Assembly (NCBI GenBank): GCA_963762395.1
Contig: CAVXKL010000004.1
Span: 227,673-291,672, forward strand
Source: an uncultured bacterium
GTDB taxonomy: Bacteria > Patescibacteriota > Saccharimonadia > Saccharimonadales > UBA4665
Direction: 5' to 3'
DNA: 64,000 nucleotides
In this document: positions 59,539-64,000 of the stretch, piece after piece
Numbering within the stretch: position 1 is the first letter of the stretch
How the letters are laid out: the number at the start of each line of letters is the position of its first letter
Notes under the pieces: generated by a model
What the model was told of the DNA's origin: nothing
Databases searched by the model: none
What the model saw: the letters and a program-made list of their open reading frames with translations, nothing else
Made by a program: the position numbers and the translations under genes

Positions 59539-60873
59539 ATGCTCGATAAACTAAAAGCTAATACTTCCACGGTAGCTAAAAAAGCCCTTCAGGGAGCTAA
59601 TAAAGTTAGTTCTAGCGTTCTTAAAAAATCCAATAAGGATACAAATAAATATCTAGTTAGTCTGGATATTGGTACGGAATACATCAAAGCCTTGATTGGC
59701 AAAGCAAGTGAAGACAACCCTGGCAACATGGAAATAATCGGTGTTGGCCGTTATCACCAGAAACTAACTGACATGCAGGCTGGGGCTATATCTGATATAG
59801 CCGCTGTTGTCGAGAACTGCGATCAAGCCCTTAATGAAGCTGAAGAAGAAGCCGGCATTAGTGTTAGGACAGCCATTATTGGCATAGCCGGTGAGCTAGT
59901 TAAAGGTACGACAACAACCGTCAAGGTAAGTCGCCTTGACAGTGTTAAGTCGATAGATATTCCGGAAATGGAAAAGATTATTAGCCTAGTCCAGGCTAAA
60001 GCTGAAAAGAGCGCCAAACAGCAGTTAGCCTGGGAACTGGGCGGTAAAAATGTTGATGTCCGTCTAGTTAACTCAGCGTTGGTTAGCATTGAAATTGACG
60101 GTTACCCGGTTAATAACCCGATTGGCTTCCAGGGAAGAGACGTCGTTGTTCAGCTATATACAGCCTTTGCTCCGCTTATCCATATTGGCGCGTTGGAAAA
60201 AACAGCCCAAGAACTTGATCTGGATCTACTAGCGGTTGCAGCTGAACCATTTGCCGTCGCCCGAGCAGTAATTGGCAATGATCCAAACCAAAACCTAAGC
60301 GCTATCTTAATGGATGTTGGTGGCGGCACTACAGATATAGCAGTCGTTAATGACGGCGGTGTTCAAGGCACTAAAATGTTCGGTATTGGCGGTAGGGCAT
60401 ATACCCGCGGTATTGAGAAAGAACTAGGCATTACATTTGATGAAGCCGAAAAACTGAAGATTAGCCTATCTGAAGGAGACTTACCAATCCAAAAAAGACC
60501 TCAAATTGAATCTTCATTAACAAAAACAGCTGACACCTGGGTATCCGGCATAGAGCTCGCTTTAGGAGAGTTCGATAAGCTCGACCATTTGCCTCACCGC
60601 ATGTTCCTTTGCGGCGGCGGCTCATCGCTAGAACTGCTCCTGGACAAACTAGAACAATCTGATTGGTATAGGAACCTGCCCTTTACCAGAAAGCCGTCAG
60701 TTCACCACATTAAACCTAACCAGGTTTCCGGTATAATAGATAAGACAGGCAAGGTCAATGATCATACCTTTATTACCGCCATGGGACTGCTCAGAGTTGG
60801 CCTAGATACCACCCAGTATAGTGATTCTAACGATACTATTAAGGATAAATTAGATAAGATGTTAAGCGTATAG
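59539..60873 (+). CDS. actin-like ATPase of the FtsA/PilM family
   Basis: The phosphate-1 motif is LVSLDIGTEYIKALIG and the phosphate-2 motif is MDVGGGTTDIAV. The adenosine motif is LCGGGSSL. Confidence 0.65.
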   Translation: MLDKLKANTSTVAKKALQGANKVSSSVLKKSNKDTNKYLVSLDIGTEYIKALIGKASEDNPGNMEIIGVGRYHQKLTDMQAGAISDIAAVVENCDQALNEAEEEAGISVRTAIIGIAGELVKGTTTTVKVSRLDSVKSIDIPEMEKIISLVQAKAEKSAKQQLAWELGGKNVDVRLVNSALVSIEIDGYPVNNPIGFQGRDVVVQLYTAFAPLIHIGALEKTAQELDLDLLAVAAEPFAVARAVIGNDPNQNLSAILMDVGGGTTDIAVVNDGGVQGTKMFGIGGRAYTRGIEKELGITFDEAEKLKISLSEGDLPIQKRPQIESSLTKTADTWVSGIELALGEFDKLDHLPHRMFLCGGGSSLELLLDKLEQSDWYRNLPFTRKPSVHHIKPNQVSGIIDKTGKVNDHTFITAMGLLRVGLDTTQYSDSNDTIKDKLDKMLSV

Positions 60874-60876
60874 AAT

Positions 60877-62610
60877 ATGGCTGAAGACCCTAAAAACACC
60901 ATTTATATAGATGTCGATGACGAAATAACAGGCGTCATAGACAAAGTATTAGACAACCCCAGCAAGATGGTATCTTTAGTCTTACCTAAACGAGCCTCAG
61001 TCTTCCAAAGTATCGTCAACATGAAGCTTCTGAAACGAAAAGCAGATGAATCAAATAAAGACATAGTTCTTGTTACAAGTGAAGAAAGTCTATTGCCGCT
61101 TGCTGGTGCAGTCGGACTTCACGTTGCTAAAAATCTGGCTTCAAAACCAGAAATCCCAGCTCCGCCAGTAGTTAAAGGAGAAACAGTTGAAGCCGTAGAA
61201 GATGAATCTGTTCCTAAGTTCGACAAAGAAACAGGTGAAGGCTCAGTCGATCTAAAAAACCTAGCCCTAGATGAAATAGATAAAACGGCAAAGAAATCCA
61301 GCCCAATTGACGAAGACACTATTGAACTGGACAACACTGATGCTAACACACCAACAGATACAGCTATGCCGGCAGCAGCTATTGCTGCCGCTGAAGCTAA
61401 AAAGAAAACCAAGAAGAACAAAGGTCTTAAGATTCCAAACTTTGAGCGCTTTAGGTTATATGCTCTTTTAATAGGCTCCCTGCTGCTTATAATCATTGTC
61501 TTTTGGATATTAATGTTTAAGGTCTGGCCTCACGCCACCATAGATATTAAGACTAACTCCCAGAATATTAATACTAACTTAACATTTAATCTAAGCACAT
61601 CAACAACAAGCCTAGATAAATCTACCAACACAGTTCCGGCCAAGCAGGTATCTGAAACAAAGACTTACACGGCCACTGTTAATGCTACTGGTCAGCAAAA
61701 TAACGGCACGCTGGCAACTGGTAATATACAATTATCCGCCGGTGCCTGTAGTTTAAATCAGCCTGCCTCTATCCCTGCAGGAATTGGTACGCTTGCTGAC
61801 AACTTAACATATATAATTCAAGACCAAGTTACGTTCGTGTCCGTTACGCAGAATCATCAGTGCACTTGGCAAGGACAGACTCAAAGTGGCAGTAACAATA
61901 TACCGGTTACAGCTCAAAAAGGCGGCTCTAATTATAATGTCAACAGTGCTACTTTTACCGTCAGTTACAGCGGCAACAACTATAGCGGAATTGGATCAGC
62001 CACTAATGGCACCGATGATATCGTCACGGTTGTCTCTCAAACGGACATTAATAACGCCGAGAACAAAGTATCTACTAATACGTCAGGTGCTAAAAATGAC
62101 TTAACTAACGAACTAACAACCGGAGCCAACTTCTATCCGCTTGATGCAACTTTCGTAGCTGGTAGCCCGACCATATCACCCAATGCTTCAGCCGGCACAG
62201 CCGCTAGCAGCGTTACCGTTACCGAAACTGTTAAATACACCATGTACGGAGTTATTGAAAGCGATCTTAAGTCACTTCTAAATAGCAGTATCTTGTCCCA
62301 GGTAGGATCTAGTCAGAACATATTGAACAACGGTCTTAATAGCGCTAGTTATACAATTGGTTCAAGTCCAACGTCACTAACCATAACAACTAATGCTATC
62401 GTTGGCCCAAACCTTAATGTAAACACCTTAAAGAAAGAAGTGGTTGGTCAAAAAGCAGGTGCCATTGAATCTCTGATTAAGGCAAATTCAAACGTTTCAG
62501 GTGTGTCAGTTAACTTTAGTCCTTTCTATGTCTCACAAGCTCCCGGAACTAGTCACATAACAATTAATATTGCCAAGCCGACTAACAGCCCAGCTAATGG
62601 ATCACAGTAA
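60877..62610 (+). CDS. hypothetical bitopic membrane protein (cytoplasmic N-domain, acidic linker, TM helix, large S/T/N-rich outer domain)
   Basis: TM helix LYALLIGSLLLIIIVFWILMF around residue 200. It starts 4 nt after the FtsA-like stop. No family recognised. Confidence 0.5.
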   Translation: MAEDPKNTIYIDVDDEITGVIDKVLDNPSKMVSLVLPKRASVFQSIVNMKLLKRKADESNKDIVLVTSEESLLPLAGAVGLHVAKNLASKPEIPAPPVVKGETVEAVEDESVPKFDKETGEGSVDLKNLALDEIDKTAKKSSPIDEDTIELDNTDANTPTDTAMPAAAIAAAEAKKKTKKNKGLKIPNFERFRLYALLIGSLLLIIIVFWILMFKVWPHATIDIKTNSQNINTNLTFNLSTSTTSLDKSTNTVPAKQVSETKTYTATVNATGQQNNGTLATGNIQLSAGACSLNQPASIPAGIGTLADNLTYIIQDQVTFVSVTQNHQCTWQGQTQSGSNNIPVTAQKGGSNYNVNSATFTVSYSGNNYSGIGSATNGTDDIVTVVSQTDINNAENKVSTNTSGAKNDLTNELTTGANFYPLDATFVAGSPTISPNASAGTAASSVTVTETVKYTMYGVIESDLKSLLNSSILSQVGSSQNILNNGLNSASYTIGSSPTSLTITTNAIVGPNLNVNTLKKEVVGQKAGAIESLIKANSNVSGVSVNFSPFYVSQAPGTSHITINIAKPTNSPANGSQ

Positions 62611-63022
62611 CAAAGATAAAGAGGGCCATATCCTGGCCTTAGATATTGGTGAAGAGAGGGTAGGTGTAGCCATCGCCAGTCTAAAAGCAAAAATAGCTTC
62701 TCCCTTAATTACCCTGCCTAATGACTCAAACTTTCTTAGCAGTCTTAAGAAAACCATAGAATCATACAACATCACTAAAATTATTGTTGGTTTGCCTCGC
62801 TCACTCAATGGTAACAACACCGATCAAACCATTAAGACGTTAGACTTTATTAATCATTTAGAAAAAGACTTAAAACAAGAAATTGTTACTCAGGACGAAG
62901 CCCTAAGTAGTATCCGAGCGGAAGAACAACTAGAAACTCGTGGTAAGATATTTGCTAAGGCAGACATAGACAAACTGGCTGCCTGTTTAATTTTAGAGGA
63001 CTATTTGAATGAGCAAGTATAA
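62597..63022 (+). CDS. ruvX: Holliday-junction resolvase-like nuclease RuvX/YqgF
   Basis: ILALDIGEERVGVAIAS, VGLPRSLNG and DEALSS motifs. ATG 62597 is preferred to the upstream track start. Confidence 0.85.
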   Translation: MDHSNKDKEGHILALDIGEERVGVAIASLKAKIASPLITLPNDSNFLSSLKKTIESYNITKIIVGLPRSLNGNNTDQTIKTLDFINHLEKDLKQEIVTQDEALSSIRAEEQLETRGKIFAKADIDKLAACLILEDYLNEQV

Positions 63023-64000
63023 GCTTGAGAAAAAGAATCACCGCTTACCACGCCGAGTGGTAATAGTCTGTCTTATCGTCATCATCGCCTTTATCGCCGG
63101 CAGTATATTTGTTAGACGTATCTATGATGTCCGCCTCAAACCAGCTTCTAGTTCATCAGTTTCACAGATAGTGACTATTAACTCCGGCAGTTCGGTCAAA
63201 AACATCGCCGATGAACTGGCCAGTGACCATTTAATCAAAAGCTCCTGGGCAATGCAGCTTTATGTCCACAGTTCTAATTTAACGGATAAACTTCAGGCTG
63301 GTACTTATGATCTAGCACCGGATGAATCAACCCAGTATATAGTTAATATATTAACGACCGGTAAAATTGCTTCTAAGCTAGTTACAATTTTACCGGGTAT
63401 TAGAATCGACCAAGTTAGAGCCGATCTAATTAATGACGGTTATAGCCCAGCCGAGGTTAGCTACGCTCTAAATCCCAGCATATATAGAAGCCTGCCGGTT
63501 ATGAGTTTTGTCCCAGCCGGCAGCAGTACCCTAGAAGGTCTGCTTTGGCCAGATTCATTTGAAAAAACATCAACTACTCCCTTAAGCCAGATAATAACTG
63601 AATCACTTAACGAAATGGGTCATCACTTAACGCCAAGCGTCCAGGCAGCCTTTGCCGGGGAAGGCTTGACAACCTACCAGGGACTAATCTTAACCTCCAT
63701 TGTTAATCAGGAAGTAACCGGGGAGTCAGTTCAGGTCCAGGTTACCCAAGTATTTTTAAGCCGTCTTAAGACTGACATGCCTCTTGAATCTGACGTAACA
63801 GCTAATTACGGTGCTATTGCCGCCGGACAGATTCCTAGTTTGAGCTACGACTCGCCATATAACACCTTGCTTAATCCAGGGCTGCCACCAACCCCAATCA
63901 GTACCATTTCAGCCAGTTCACTTGAGGCTACAACTCATCCAGCTAACACTTCCTGGCTATATTTCGTAACCGGAGATAACGGCGTAACCTACTTCTCAAC
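63009..64000 (+). CDS. mltG: endolytic murein transglycosylase MltG/YceG (3' end outside the window)
   Basis: My own translation shows an N-terminal TM helix and LQAGTYDL. It also shows LEGLLWPDSF, LTSIVNQE and SPYNTLLNPGLPPTPIS, with WLYFVTGDNG near the window edge. The frame is open to the window end, and the ORF is absent from the track because it has no stop. Confidence 0.8.
   Translation, partial: MSKYKLEKKNHRLPRRVVIVCLIVIIAFIAGSIFVRRIYDVRLKPASSSSVSQIVTINSGSSVKNIADELASDHLIKSSWAMQLYVHSSNLTDKLQAGTYDLAPDESTQYIVNILTTGKIASKLVTILPGIRIDQVRADLINDGYSPAEVSYALNPSIYRSLPVMSFVPAGSSTLEGLLWPDSFEKTSTTPLSQIITESLNEMGHHLTPSVQAAFAGEGLTTYQGLILTSIVNQEVTGESVQVQVTQVFLSRLKTDMPLESDVTANYGAIAAGQIPSLSYDSPYNTLLNPGLPPTPISTISASSLEATTHPANTSWLYFVTGDNGVTYFS

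Overview
This is a gene-dense 64-kb chromosomal segment with about 70 CDS, many overlapping by 1-14 nt. It uses the standard genetic code, since TGA terminates many well-supported genes. Gene content suggests a small-genome monoderm of the Patescibacteria/CPR, most likely Candidatus Saccharibacteria (TM7). That assignment is inference only: type IV pili, a Gram-positive-style minimal T4SS with CPR-type pilins, lower glycolysis only, and truncated housekeeping proteins. In order, the window holds: a membrane protein plus a 1,019-aa Cys-rich secreted protein (3-4048); a four-gene minor-pilin operon on the minus strand (4045-7213); VIT1-like and OMP-decarboxylase-like genes; a pilB-pilC-pilin operon ending in a major pilin (9935-17517); pyrD; tatA-tatA-tatC; and a polyprenyl-phosphate-type glycosylation module of GT2, two GT-C proteins and a flippase-like protein (21072-25729). 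Next come a T4SS-like cluster lacking VirD4 and relaxase (25887-30897), a decayed RelE/YafQ toxin with an intact DinJ-like antitoxin, then pyk-pgk-tpiA, pcrA, a G5/DUF348 wall protein and rsmA. A 6-kb island of orphan ORFs follows, punctuated by a repeated ~150-bp element (39.4-45.3 kb). The rest is an RRM protein, HIT, metG, tatD, a cysteine desulfurase, atpFHAGDC (no atpB/atpE), mnmA, a BrnA antitoxin with a nonsense-inactivated BrnT, a short alaS, an ftsA-like gene plus a bitopic membrane protein, ruvX and partial mltG. I found no rRNA, tRNA, CRISPR array, transposase or integrase. The most unusual structure is the repeat-delimited cassette-like island; next is the minimal T4SS with split and fused components. 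All family assignments come from motif recognition by eye, not database searches.
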